A stretch of DNA of 58,678 nucleotides from an uncultured Lentimicrobiaceae bacterium (lineage in GTDB: Bacteria; Bacteroidota; Bacteroidia; Bacteroidales; F082), in NCBI GenBank assembly GCA_964598065.1, contig CAZRAW010000001.1, positions 1 through 58,678 of the forward strand, written 5' to 3'. Both the position numbers and the translations under genes were made by a program. Position 1 is the first letter of the stretch, and the number at the start of each line of letters is the position of its first letter. The notes under the pieces were generated by a model. It was not told the DNA's origin, searched no databases, and saw only the letters and a program-made list of their open reading frames with translations. Below, piece after piece: positions 38,638 to 48,784 of the stretch.

Positions 38638-39981
38638 ATGATACAACTGAAATTTAGTTACAAAAACGCCCTGAATTTTGTGGACGAACAGGATATTTTT
38701 AAATATCAGGAAGCCATCGACAGCCATTTTCTTGCCATCCGCGAGCGTACCGGACGAGGTAATGATTTTTTGGGGTGGACCGACCTGCCTTCGTCTGTGG
38801 ACGAGGCTTTGATAACCAAAATTGAAACAGCAGCGGCTCGTTTTCGCGAAAAATCGGACGTCAGCGTGGTGGTGGGTATTGGTGGTTCTTACCTTGGTGC
38901 CCGTGCCGTTACCGAAGCGCTTTCGCCCCATTTTAACCTGTTGAAAAAGAGAGCCGGGAATCCCATTATGCTTTTTGCCGGTAACAATATCAGCGAAGAT
39001 TATCTCGCTGAACTATTGCAAGTACTGGACGAAAAAGATTATACAATAACGGTTATTTCCAAATCTGGAACCACCACGGAGCCTGCACTGGCTTTCCGTC
39101 TGCTTCGCGAACACATGGAGAAAAAGTATGGCAAAGCGGCAACCAAACGGCGGATTATCGCCATCACCGACAGGGAAAAAGGCGCTTTGAAACAACTCGC
39201 CGATGAGAAAGGGTACGAAACGTTTGTCGTTCCCGACAATGTGGGTGGACGTTATTCGGTATTGACACCTGTAGGTTTGCTTCCCATTGCCATTGCCGGA
39301 TTTGATATTCGCGAATTGCTGAAAGGAGCACAAAACATGGCTGTCTTCTCCGCCGCTTCATCTAAAATCGATGTAAATTCAGTGGCCACTTACGCAGCGG
39401 TGCGCAATGCGCTTTATGCCAAAGGAAAAACCACCGAAATCATGGTGAATTACGAACCCCGGCTTTTCTATTTTACCGAATGGTGGAAACAGCTTTACGG
39501 CGAAAGCGAAGGAAAAGAAAATAAAGGTATTTTTCCGTCCGGCGTGAGCAACACCACCGACCTGCACTCCATGGGACAATACATTCAGGAAGGGATGCGT
39601 AACCTGTTCGAAACGGTGCTTTCAGTGGAGCAGTCGCAGCACGAATTACGCATCCCGGACGATGAAGCCAACTTAGACAAACTGAACTACATTGCCGGGA
39701 AACGCATCAACGAAGTTAATCATATGGCCGAGCTGGGAACAACGTTGGCACATGTGGATGGCGGTGTTCCCAACTTAAAAGTAAACATTCCTGAGATTTC
39801 GGAAAACACCCTTGGTGAAGTCATCTACTTTTATGAAATGGCCTGTGCCGTAAGCGGCTATCTTTTGGGAATCAATCCCTTTGATCAGCCTGGCGTAGAG
39901 GCATACAAACGTAATATGTTTGCCTTGCTCGGGAAACCCGGTTTTGAAAAGGAGACCGAAACTATTCGTGAAAAATTGTAA
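38638..39981 (+). CDS. pgi: Glucose-6-phosphate isomerase
   Basis: VGIGGSYLGA, ISKSGTTTE, VGGRYSVL, QLYGESEGK, DLHSMGQ, FDQPGVEAYK. Confidence 0.98.
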   Translation: MIQLKFSYKNALNFVDEQDIFKYQEAIDSHFLAIRERTGRGNDFLGWTDLPSSVDEALITKIETAAARFREKSDVSVVVGIGGSYLGARAVTEALSPHFNLLKKRAGNPIMLFAGNNISEDYLAELLQVLDEKDYTITVISKSGTTTEPALAFRLLREHMEKKYGKAATKRRIIAITDREKGALKQLADEKGYETFVVPDNVGGRYSVLTPVGLLPIAIAGFDIRELLKGAQNMAVFSAASSKIDVNSVATYAAVRNALYAKGKTTEIMVNYEPRLFYFTEWWKQLYGESEGKENKGIFPSGVSNTTDLHSMGQYIQEGMRNLFETVLSVEQSQHELRIPDDEANLDKLNYIAGKRINEVNHMAELGTTLAHVDGGVPNLKVNIPEISENTLGEVIYFYEMACAVSGYLLGINPFDQPGVEAYKRNMFALLGKPGFEKETETIREKL

Positions 39982-39983
39982 AG

Positions 39984-40012
39984 AAAAGCGGAGGACATTC
40001 CTCCGTTTTTTT
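39984..40012 (+). terminator. Intrinsic terminator after pgi
   Basis: AAAAGCGGAGGA-cat-TCCTCCGTTTTTTT. Confidence 0.85.
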
Positions 40013-40109
40013 CTGAATATTTCATGTGAACCTTCAACTATTCAAAAGCCGGTATTATTAAATTAATTTTTAAGAAATAGGCTATTTTTGTCATTGTTTA
40101 AAAAGGATT

Positions 40110-40964
40110 ATGCAATTAAGAATTCAAATTTTTACGGTTATTTTTCTGATTTTGGGATGGATGAATCTCTCAGCCCAGACGCTTGCTCCTTCCGGACAGT
40201 TGGGAAGCGAACGCAATCTTTACACAATGAACAAACAGGTAGACCAGTTTATGCATCGTTTTAATATGGAAGAGGGGCCTTCGGGCAATCCGTTGGAAAA
40301 GACCGATAAACGTTATCATAACAATGCCTTGCGTAGGAAACTGCTGCCCTACATGTTTGATATGCAAAACCCACGTACTTCCGGAAAGTTACAGCAGTAT
40401 TTTATCGAGGATGTAACCAACAAGAAACATCCTGTTTTTCTGAATTTCCTCGATAAGAACTGGTATGCCGAAGTATCTGCCACTTTTGATAACGATGGCC
40501 AGCCGGTAAACCTGATTCTGTTCCTGACGCTCGAAAAGGCCGGACTGGGTTCCAAATGGATCATCAGTAACGTTTACGATACCGAATTGCACAACCTCTT
40601 TCCGGCGGAAAACGAAGCCGGTCATATAAAGTATTTCCTGCATCCACAAAGCCACGAGCTGGATTTTATGAACCTGAACAAAGCATTCGACGACCCTAAA
40701 CACATTGAATATTATGCTTCTACAAACTATCATCCGGATTATCTTACCCTGTTTTTTTATTTAATGAAAACCGGAAAGCTGAAGTTTGAACACATCAACT
40801 CTGTGAAATTTCATTTTTTGCAGATCCCACACTGGTATTTCGAGCTGAGCTATTTTAACCGAAACACCAGCAATTCGGGATGGCTCATCTCCAATTTGGA
40901 ATACGTATCTAAAAAAGAAAAAGCCCAACTCATTAATTTCTTCCGCTCATGTTCAACAAAATAA
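40110..40964 (+). CDS. Hypothetical secreted protein
   Basis: Signal peptide ending LSA-Q; -7 box at 40083-40090; overlaps the next gene by 16 nt. Confidence 0.82.
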   Translation: MQLRIQIFTVIFLILGWMNLSAQTLAPSGQLGSERNLYTMNKQVDQFMHRFNMEEGPSGNPLEKTDKRYHNNALRRKLLPYMFDMQNPRTSGKLQQYFIEDVTNKKHPVFLNFLDKNWYAEVSATFDNDGQPVNLILFLTLEKAGLGSKWIISNVYDTELHNLFPAENEAGHIKYFLHPQSHELDFMNLNKAFDDPKHIEYYASTNYHPDYLTLFFYLMKTGKLKFEHINSVKFHFLQIPHWYFELSYFNRNTSNSGWLISNLEYVSKKEKAQLINFFRSCSTK

Positions 40965-43579
40965 ACATACTGTTTTGGGTGCTGTTATTTTCCGTCAGTA
41001 CACTTGCCGCACAGGAAAACATTGTAAAACTCAGCCCGAAAGAGATAAATGCATACAAAACGCAATGCAGTCAAATGATTAGTTATCTGCAAGGCACACT
41101 GAACTTTCTCGGTAACCCTGCTAATCCTCCTGCCGAAAAGGAGATTATCATCGACAACAGCTACCTGAAAATCTTTAAAAACGACAAGGTACAAATCGAG
41201 GGCGACCTCGATGCGCATCGTGCGGTTCCTATCAACAAGGATGTGCAGGCCTACCTGAAAGATGTGGTATTTTTTTTCAAAAAAGTAACGTTTACTTTTC
41301 ATATCAACAGTATAACGCCTTTGCTGATGCCAAGCGGGCAAATCTATTTTAAAGTAACTTTAAACCGTAATCTGAAAGGAATTACTGTTGATGGCGACAG
41401 CGTGGAAAACAACCGGTTGCGATATATTGAAATTAATCTGAATGCGGAAGAAAACAGCCTGAAGATTGCCAGCATTTATACCGATAAACCCAACGAAGAC
41501 ATAGAAATACAATACTGGTGGAACCATCTTTCCCAAGCCTGGAAAGACTATTTCGGTAAATCTATCCGCGTATATGACAGCCTTCCGCTGAATAAAATTA
41601 TCTTTTTCAATGACAGCAGTCTCATTATGGAAACAAAAAAAATTATTCCTGTTCCCGACAGTTTACAGCAGGATTCGGACAGCTTAAAACCTGTTGAGGA
41701 CAGCCTGCTCGTCGTCAACGATTCCGTGCAGATTGTACCGGATACAATGGCATTAAAAAATCCGGGTTTGCTGTTTCAGGTTATCCGGTATTTGCGAAAT
41801 TCCCGCAAAATAGACATCTCGGGGAATCTGGATATCGAAAACCTGAAGCCGTTGAGCGAAATGGATAATTTGCGTTCGCTGAATTGTTCCCATACGCTTA
41901 TTGATGATTTAACTCCTTTACGAAGCCTTAGCAAACTACAAACGTTAAACATAACAGGTTGCCCCGTGGAAACGCTGGAACCGTTGCGCTATGTTTCCGC
42001 TTTGCACGAAATCGATGCCGCCTACACAGAAATCAAAAACATTGAAGTGGTGGAGAACCTGAATAATTTAGAAATACTGAACCTGGCACACACCGGCGTG
42101 GACAGCCTGCCCGACATGAAAAATCTGCAGCACTTATGGACATTGGAACTGAACGCAACACCGCTGCAAAGTATAGATTCGCTAACTTCGCTGACCCGGC
42201 TGACCGATCTGAACATAGCCAAAAGCTCCGTGAAAGATTTTTCTCCGATAGCCAAACTTACCGCATTGCAAAGTCTCAATCTTGACAGCACAGCTATCAC
42301 CAGTTTGCGTCCGCTAAGTACGCTTGATTCACTAACCGTATTGCAAATAAACGGCACCCGTGTTACCAATTTGTTACCGCTGGCACGGTTATCTTCATTA
42401 AAGTATATCTACTGCGACAATTCGGGTATCAACAACAGAGCCGCTACTGCTTTTAACAAAATCAACCAGCAAACTCAGGTTATCTACAATTCCCAAAAAC
42501 TGGAAAGATGGTGGAATGAACTACCGGAAGCATGGAAAAATATTTTCAAGAGTCATGTTCATCTTCGCGGGACCATTACCAAAGAGCAACTCCATACTCT
42601 TTTGCTTTTGAAAGACCTTAATTTGAAAAACAACCGTGAGATTCACAACCTGAAACCACTATCTATCCTCATCAGTCTCAAAAATCTCAACATTTCGGGT
42701 AGTGGTATCGGTAATCTCAAGCCGCTGGCTTCCGTACAGACATTGCGTAAACTAGACATCAGCAACACACGGATACATTCGCTGGCACCATTGCAAAAGC
42801 TTAAGAACCTGAAATCCATCAATATTGAGCATACGACCATCCGCGACCTGCTGCCGCTATCCGGTAACAGGAGCCTGAGGCTGGTTCTGGCCGACAACAC
42901 GCAGGTAAAGCAAAAGAACGTGTTTGCACTGGAAAAGCATCTGCCTCAGTGTCTGGTTCTGTTTCAGACGTCACAGCTCAAATTGTGGTGGAACAATCTG
43001 GAAAAGCCCTGGCAGGAAGCGTTTTCACAGCAAAAGGAATTGGATAATCCGCCTACGGCTGAACAACTACAACAGTTGGTAAACCGGAAACAAATCAGCA
43101 TAAGCAATCGTTTGGACATAGAAAACGTGGAACCGTTAACCATTTTTGTCCACTTAAAGACATTGAAACTGGACAACACAGGCGTAACGGATATCACTCC
43201 CGTTACAGGCCTGAAACGGCTTAAACACCTGAGTATCACCAACAGTCCGTTGTGGAATATAGCAGGTCTGGCATCTATGAAGCAATTGGAAAGTCTCAAC
43301 CTGCAGAATACTTCTGTGGAAGATTTGCATTCGTTGCAGGGGATGCATTTTCTGCAAAAGCTGAACATTTCGGGAACACGGGTTAAAAACCTGAAACCGT
43401 TGGCCGGGCTGAGTAATCTACGTGAGTTGGTCATCAACAACACGCGGGTTAGCAGCCTGAAATATGTTATGTCGTTGTCGCGGCTGACCTTGTTGCGTTG
43501 CGACCACACCTTATTGAGAGAGAAAAAAGTGGAGAAATTCAGGGAAAAACATCCACGGACGAAAGTGATTTTTTATTAG
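40949..43579 (+). CDS. Secreted leucine-rich repeat protein (internalin-like 22-aa repeats)
   Basis: Signal peptide; many LxxLxxLxLxxTxIxDLxPL repeats arranged in three blocks. Confidence 0.92.
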   Translation: MFNKINILFWVLLFSVSTLAAQENIVKLSPKEINAYKTQCSQMISYLQGTLNFLGNPANPPAEKEIIIDNSYLKIFKNDKVQIEGDLDAHRAVPINKDVQAYLKDVVFFFKKVTFTFHINSITPLLMPSGQIYFKVTLNRNLKGITVDGDSVENNRLRYIEINLNAEENSLKIASIYTDKPNEDIEIQYWWNHLSQAWKDYFGKSIRVYDSLPLNKIIFFNDSSLIMETKKIIPVPDSLQQDSDSLKPVEDSLLVVNDSVQIVPDTMALKNPGLLFQVIRYLRNSRKIDISGNLDIENLKPLSEMDNLRSLNCSHTLIDDLTPLRSLSKLQTLNITGCPVETLEPLRYVSALHEIDAAYTEIKNIEVVENLNNLEILNLAHTGVDSLPDMKNLQHLWTLELNATPLQSIDSLTSLTRLTDLNIAKSSVKDFSPIAKLTALQSLNLDSTAITSLRPLSTLDSLTVLQINGTRVTNLLPLARLSSLKYIYCDNSGINNRAATAFNKINQQTQVIYNSQKLERWWNELPEAWKNIFKSHVHLRGTITKEQLHTLLLLKDLNLKNNREIHNLKPLSILISLKNLNISGSGIGNLKPLASVQTLRKLDISNTRIHSLAPLQKLKNLKSINIEHTTIRDLLPLSGNRSLRLVLADNTQVKQKNVFALEKHLPQCLVLFQTSQLKLWWNNLEKPWQEAFSQQKELDNPPTAEQLQQLVNRKQISISNRLDIENVEPLTIFVHLKTLKLDNTGVTDITPVTGLKRLKHLSITNSPLWNIAGLASMKQLESLNLQNTSVEDLHSLQGMHFLQKLNISGTRVKNLKPLAGLSNLRELVINNTRVSSLKYVMSLSRLTLLRCDHTLLREKKVEKFREKHPRTKVIFY

Positions 43580-43645
43580 TCCCTGGCGTGCGAATGCTTC
43601 GTGTGCTTTAGCTGGATTGTCATCGCCCCATCCTCATAAGCCGTA

Positions 43646-45808
43646 TTACAAAACAAACCGCCAGACAAACTTCACCTGGATAGTTGTGTATTTGGCGTCA
43701 AACTTATGTTGTTGCGTATCGTAACCCTGATTAACAACAAAATAGAGATTTGTCCCCGGTTTGGGAATCCAGTTAACCCGGAAATTCATAAGCATCTCCT
43801 GTTCTTCGTTGTTCCACTGGGCAAACATGGAACCGAACAAATCGGGGTTAACGGCAAAATTAATTCGACTGCCCAGTTCATTTACGACAAAATTTCCTTC
43901 CGGCAGAAATACCAGTTGTTTCCGATAATCAGCACTAAAATTCACATGTTTTGAAATCTTCCAGTTTAGTCTTCCGGAATAAACGGTTCGTTTTCCATTA
44001 TAAAAACCGCCCCAGTTTACAAAAACCCCTCCATATACTTTGCGGCCATCAAAAGTAGCAAACTGAAGCTCCCAGTCGGTGAACCAATATTCTCCTTTCG
44101 GGATAATGATATTGTCATAAATATTGAAATCTTCGGTAAGATTTTCCGCTTTTCTCTGGATGTTAAATTCGAAATACTCGCCGCTGCGGGTGCGGAAACC
44201 CAAAGGCCGGAATTCGGACCAGAACGATTGCAGTTTGTGGGTTATGTCATCAATGTAGTAGTTGAAATCAAAAAGTTTAAAATAGAGCTGTTGAATCCAG
44301 GGAAGTTTTTTTGGTCGCGGTTTTATCCTGAAATCAGCATTAAACATTTGGTAAGCTGTTCTCCGCTGAAAGCCTACTTCAGGATTAAAGCCTTCGCCAG
44401 AGCGGTCCCAAACAGCGGAAAATTCAATAAAATCGTTGGGATATTCAAAAAACAGACGGCTGGCAAGACCTGTTTTTTTTGTACTGTCAGAGGTATAACT
44501 TTGTGCCACCGCCCCTCCGAAAGTAATATTTTTATTACCTCTGAAATGCGAATTAAAGTAATTGAAATCAGCACCATACACAAAATTTTGCTGTCCGGGC
44601 GTCAGCTTGCTCACGGCAATCATTCCCACACTCGACTCTTTAAAAACATCCTGTTTTATCCTGACCACAGAGTAGTTGGTCAGAGGAAGCGTATCCTTTT
44701 TGGCTGTTTCGATACTCATGGCGCCTACGGAAGTATTACCTGTCTTTCCCATAATTCTCACGCCGGCAATAATAGGAACAACAGAACGGTCGGGTGCCAG
44801 ACCGATACGCCGCGAATAAAAGGGTTGAGTGCTGCCGAGGTTAAAGTTAAAATAGTTTTTCCCTTCAAGGAAAAATTCTCTTTTTTCGGGATAATAAAGA
44901 GAAAACCGTGTAAGATTTACCTGCATATTGTCCGATTCCACCTCTGCAAAATCGGTATTTATGGTTAAATTCATTTTCAGGGTCGGTGTAATCAGGTAAT
45001 TCACATCTCCGCCAACATTCCACTTAAAAATGCCCTTTTCACTTTTTTCCTTTTCCAAACCCGTGATGCCGTAAGGTTTTATCTCAATAAGCGAAGTTTT
45101 GCTCTTGCCACGGATACCTACAAGAAAACCCGCTTTTGAAACCTGTTGAAAGCTGGCATTACGCGACCAGCCCTGCCATACATCCTGCTCTCTTTTGCGT
45201 CGGATGTTTCGTTCAAAATTAATCCCCCAAATCTGTTTTCCACTTTTGGTAAATCGTAATGTTGAAAAAGGTATTTCAAATTCGGCAAACCAACCCTTTG
45301 CTGTTCGCGTTGTTTTCACATTCCACACACCGTTCCAGGAACTGTTGCTGCTTTGTCCGTTTTGCGACACTAAAATATCAGCCCGGGCAGCATTGGGATT
45401 GGTAATAAACAGATAACCGTTGCGTCGGTCGTTATAAGTATCAAGGATGATTTGGAAATTGTCATCCGTACTATAATCAAAATCACGTTTCATCTGGCTG
45501 GCAACAATTTTATCCGGATGATTATCATAACACCATACTCCCACATAAAGATTTTTGGCATCGTACAACACAGCCACTTCGGTACGTTCGGTAGCCGGCT
45601 GACCTTCGTGCAGTTCACGCTGGGTAAAATTGGAGATTTTTTCCGCCCGTTGCCATGCCGGCTCGTTCAGTTTGCCGTCGAGGGTAATCGGTTTGCTTAT
45701 AGGCAAAGCATGTATGGTGTCGGGTTGTGAATACTGTGCAAAAGCCTGCCCGGCAAAAAGCAGAAAAAACAGCCCGAAAGAAACGATGGTCTTGTACGGA
45801 GAAAACAT
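43646..45808 (-). CDS. CBM9-like domain plus DUF5916 outer-membrane protein
   Basis: Signal peptide; ITLDGKLNEPAW, LYVGVWCYD and WFAEFEIPFSTLRF (CBM9-like); LTINTDFAEVESD...NLTRFSLYYPEKREFFLEG (DUF5916); C-terminal barrel-type strand ending VWRFVL. Confidence 0.85.
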   Translation of the reverse strand: MFSPYKTIVSFGLFFLLFAGQAFAQYSQPDTIHALPISKPITLDGKLNEPAWQRAEKISNFTQRELHEGQPATERTEVAVLYDAKNLYVGVWCYDNHPDKIVASQMKRDFDYSTDDNFQIILDTYNDRRNGYLFITNPNAARADILVSQNGQSSNSSWNGVWNVKTTRTAKGWFAEFEIPFSTLRFTKSGKQIWGINFERNIRRKREQDVWQGWSRNASFQQVSKAGFLVGIRGKSKTSLIEIKPYGITGLEKEKSEKGIFKWNVGGDVNYLITPTLKMNLTINTDFAEVESDNMQVNLTRFSLYYPEKREFFLEGKNYFNFNLGSTQPFYSRRIGLAPDRSVVPIIAGVRIMGKTGNTSVGAMSIETAKKDTLPLTNYSVVRIKQDVFKESSVGMIAVSKLTPGQQNFVYGADFNYFNSHFRGNKNITFGGAVAQSYTSDSTKKTGLASRLFFEYPNDFIEFSAVWDRSGEGFNPEVGFQRRTAYQMFNADFRIKPRPKKLPWIQQLYFKLFDFNYYIDDITHKLQSFWSEFRPLGFRTRSGEYFEFNIQRKAENLTEDFNIYDNIIIPKGEYWFTDWELQFATFDGRKVYGGVFVNWGGFYNGKRTVYSGRLNWKISKHVNFSADYRKQLVFLPEGNFVVNELGSRINFAVNPDLFGSMFAQWNNEEQEMLMNFRVNWIPKPGTNLYFVVNQGYDTQQHKFDAKYTTIQVKFVWRFVL

Positions 45809-45911
45809 GCTTCCCTGAAATTTTAGGAAAACAAAATTATAACTTTGGCTGACAAAGGCCTGTGTTTTAAGCTAATTTATTATTAATCCAGATTATAAAA
45901 CGAAAAAATAC

Positions 45912-47720
45912 CTACACCGTTATCCCCATTTTTTTCATAAGAAAAGTGGCGTTCAGGTTTTGGGACACGCCCTCTTTCAACTGGTAGTCAAACTGCAATT
46001 GATCATGTTCAATTTCAATCTCAAAACGTTTGTTTATTACATTTTTAGGGAAGTTGGCTGCCAGCTCGCCCAGCGTGATGTCGTGGGTGGCAATGAGGCC
46101 GGAAGCTCCCAGCCGGATAAACTGCCGGAGCAGGGCCTTTGAGCCTTTTTGCTTGTCTTTGGAGTTGGTGCCGCGCAGTATTTCGTCCAGAATAATGAAC
46201 AGCTTTTCGCCCTTTTCCAAACGGACGATGATTTCTTTGAGTCTTTTCAGCTCGGCAAAGAAATAAGATTCGCCATCCTGCAGCGAATCGGATGTTTTTA
46301 TGCCGGTGAAAAGCTGTACGGGCGTGAACACAAAAGTATCGGCCAAAACGGGAGCGCCGGTCATGGCGAGAACGTAATTAATTCCGACCGTGCGCAGGTA
46401 AGTGCTCTTGCCGGCCATGTTGGCACCCGTAATCACATGAAAGCGGCTCCAGGCATCGATGTCCACCGGATTGCCTACGCACACTGCCGGGTCGATAAAT
46501 GGATGTTTCAGGCTTTCTCCCTGCACCTCGAAACTTCCGGTGGCGATTTTGGGAAACACCGCTTCAGGATGCTGGAAAGCAAATCCGGCAAGTGAGCAGA
46601 GTTCGTCCACCTGCGCCAGTGTTTCCAGCCACTGCGAAAGCCTGTTTCCGTAACGATTTTTCCATTTTTCCAAACGCATACTTTGGCGAATATCCCACAG
46701 AAAAAAGATGTTCAGAAGAATCCCGGCAAACATTTTCAGCCGGTAGTCAAAAGCTTTTGAAATATCCGACAGTTGTCGGACGGCTTTAAATGCAGAAACA
46801 TCTCCTTTGGCCAGTGAATTCACGGCATCCTTCATAATATTTGAGTGGAATTTTATCTCTTCCATTTTTTCAAAAAGTGTGGCATATTGCTCCAGCAAAG
46901 AGGCCTTTTTACTTAAATGGGCGTAAGTTTTGTTGATTTGCGAAAGCCGGGGTGTCAGCACGAGAAACGGTAAAAGTAGAAAAAAAAGAAAACTGCTGAA
47001 GGTCAGTACCCCGAAGCTGATGAGTATCACATCGGCAAATCCTAATAATGGCGTGATAATCAGTAATATTTTGTAAACAGGCTTATTGAAAACTGTTCCT
47101 GTATTTTTTGCCCATTCAAGCAGATTTTCAGCAACGTTTTTATCTTTTTCTTCGATATTTCCCAAAGCCTGAAACGCCTGCCGCCAGCGAGGGACTCCGG
47201 AAAGCTCGGCAATGGCTTCCTGGCGGTCTTTTATCCGCTCTTTTTGTTTCAGCGGATATAATAACGTAAGTGCAAGATGTTTGCGTCCGGAATGGGTGGC
47301 GCTGCGGTCAAGCAACTGAAAAAGCGACCGTTTCCCAAAAATGTCAAGATCATGGGCAAAAGGATGTTCCGTATCGGGGAATTCAAGCCCCTCAGGCTGG
47401 TGCGATGTGTCGCGTCTGAGCAGACGAAGTTCGTTTTTATTGATTTGCAACAGACTCTCAACCCGTTTTTTTTGTTTGTAAAGCCGGATATGCCTGAAGA
47501 CAAAAAAACCGAACAATGAAAACCCGGCAACAGCCACTGTCAGCACTGCCGTTAATGAATGTCCGGCAGTGAGATAGATACCCAGCACGGTAATCAGAAA
47601 CAACGAAATGCGCAAAGTGGCCACCCGCCGGATACTTTTTTGTATCTGCGTGAGCTGCTCTTCATAATGCGTCACCTGCTGTTTAAAAAATGTTCCGGGT
47701 GTGGTCTGTTGTTCTGCCAT
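45912..47720 (-). CDS. MutS-related ATPase (domain V) with membrane segments
   Basis: Walker A TGANMAGKST, SYFFAELKRL, LDEILRGTNS, IATHD; hydrophobic helices in the N-terminal half. ATG 47720 preferred over the track start. Confidence 0.9.
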   Translation of the reverse strand: MAEQQTTPGTFFKQQVTHYEEQLTQIQKSIRRVATLRISLFLITVLGIYLTAGHSLTAVLTVAVAGFSLFGFFVFRHIRLYKQKKRVESLLQINKNELRLLRRDTSHQPEGLEFPDTEHPFAHDLDIFGKRSLFQLLDRSATHSGRKHLALTLLYPLKQKERIKDRQEAIAELSGVPRWRQAFQALGNIEEKDKNVAENLLEWAKNTGTVFNKPVYKILLIITPLLGFADVILISFGVLTFSSFLFFLLLPFLVLTPRLSQINKTYAHLSKKASLLEQYATLFEKMEEIKFHSNIMKDAVNSLAKGDVSAFKAVRQLSDISKAFDYRLKMFAGILLNIFFLWDIRQSMRLEKWKNRYGNRLSQWLETLAQVDELCSLAGFAFQHPEAVFPKIATGSFEVQGESLKHPFIDPAVCVGNPVDIDAWSRFHVITGANMAGKSTYLRTVGINYVLAMTGAPVLADTFVFTPVQLFTGIKTSDSLQDGESYFFAELKRLKEIIVRLEKGEKLFIILDEILRGTNSKDKQKGSKALLRQFIRLGASGLIATHDITLGELAANFPKNVINKRFEIEIEHDQLQFDYQLKEGVSQNLNATFLMKKMGITV

Positions 47721-47803
47721 GGGAGAAATTTGTCTGCAAAATAACGGAATTATCCTATACCAGCGCCTCCGGTGCAAGCGTCTTCTTATGCCAACCTACA
47801 CCA

Positions 47804-48766
47804 CTATTTCGCCTTATTCTTCAACGAAATAATTTGTGCTGCAATACTTACGGCAATTTCGGCAGCTGTTTCGCTGTTAATGGGAATGCCAATGGGCGCG
47901 TAAACCTTTTTCAGTTGATTTTCGGTGAAACCGTTCCGCTTTAAATTTTCGAAAATCGTTTTCACCTTTGTGGCGCTCCCCATCAGCCCAAGATATTGAA
48001 TATTTTTGTTGAGCATCTGCCTTAAAATCTGCTCATCGTTTTTGTGGGCAAACGTTACAATCACCACGTAAACATTAAATCCCTCCGGGACAAGGGCAGC
48101 CACATTGTTGTAATCAACAATTTTCTTTTCATCGGCAAACCGATTTTCGTCAAAGGAGTTGAGTTCAAAGCGGTTATCAAACAAGTGGATCTTAAAATCC
48201 AAATTACTGAAAATTTTGCACAAGGCAAGTCCCACATGGCCGCCGCCAAAAATATAAAGGCTGTCGGGCATTCCCACCTGTTCGGCATATTCCCATTCTT
48301 TTTCCGAAATTATTTTGCTTTTGAAAGAAGTTTGCATTTCCTCGCCTGATGTAAAAGACAATCCATTTTGCGAAAGTCGGAATACGCCTTTTTGCCGTTG
48401 CCCAATAGCCTCAATAATGGCGTTGACGGTTGCCAAAACATTTTTCCCCAACGGTGTAAAAGCAATAGTCTGTTCGCCGGAACAAATCATGCCCGAGCGG
48501 TTCGCCCCGGCCTGTGGGTCGTGATCCTGAAAAGAGAGAAAAGATTTTACAGGTTCTTTTTGTTTCAAAAGCCGTTTGGCCTGTTCTACCAGCCGGTGTT
48601 CCATAACACCGCCGCCAATGGAACCGGTAAAACTGTCGCCGGAAGCTACTGCCATTTTAAAACCCTGCTTCCCGGGGCTGCTTCCCTCACGATCAATCAC
48701 GGTCATGAGAATAATTTCTCCACTTTCTAAAAGATGCGAATGTATGAATGAAAAGATTTGTTGCAT
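47804..48766 (-). CDS. xdhC: XdhC/CoxI family molybdenum-cofactor chaperone
   Basis: GSSPGKQG, GSIGGG, GMICSG, FGGGHVG, YLGLMGS, APIGIPI...EIAVSIAAQ. Confidence 0.9.
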   Translation of the reverse strand: MQQIFSFIHSHLLESGEIILMTVIDREGSSPGKQGFKMAVASGDSFTGSIGGGVMEHRLVEQAKRLLKQKEPVKSFLSFQDHDPQAGANRSGMICSGEQTIAFTPLGKNVLATVNAIIEAIGQRQKGVFRLSQNGLSFTSGEEMQTSFKSKIISEKEWEYAEQVGMPDSLYIFGGGHVGLALCKIFSNLDFKIHLFDNRFELNSFDENRFADEKKIVDYNNVAALVPEGFNVYVVIVTFAHKNDEQILRQMLNKNIQYLGLMGSATKVKTIFENLKRNGFTENQLKKVYAPIGIPINSETAAEIAVSIAAQIISLKNKAK

Positions 48767-48784
48767 GAATGGTTCGTTTGTTAC

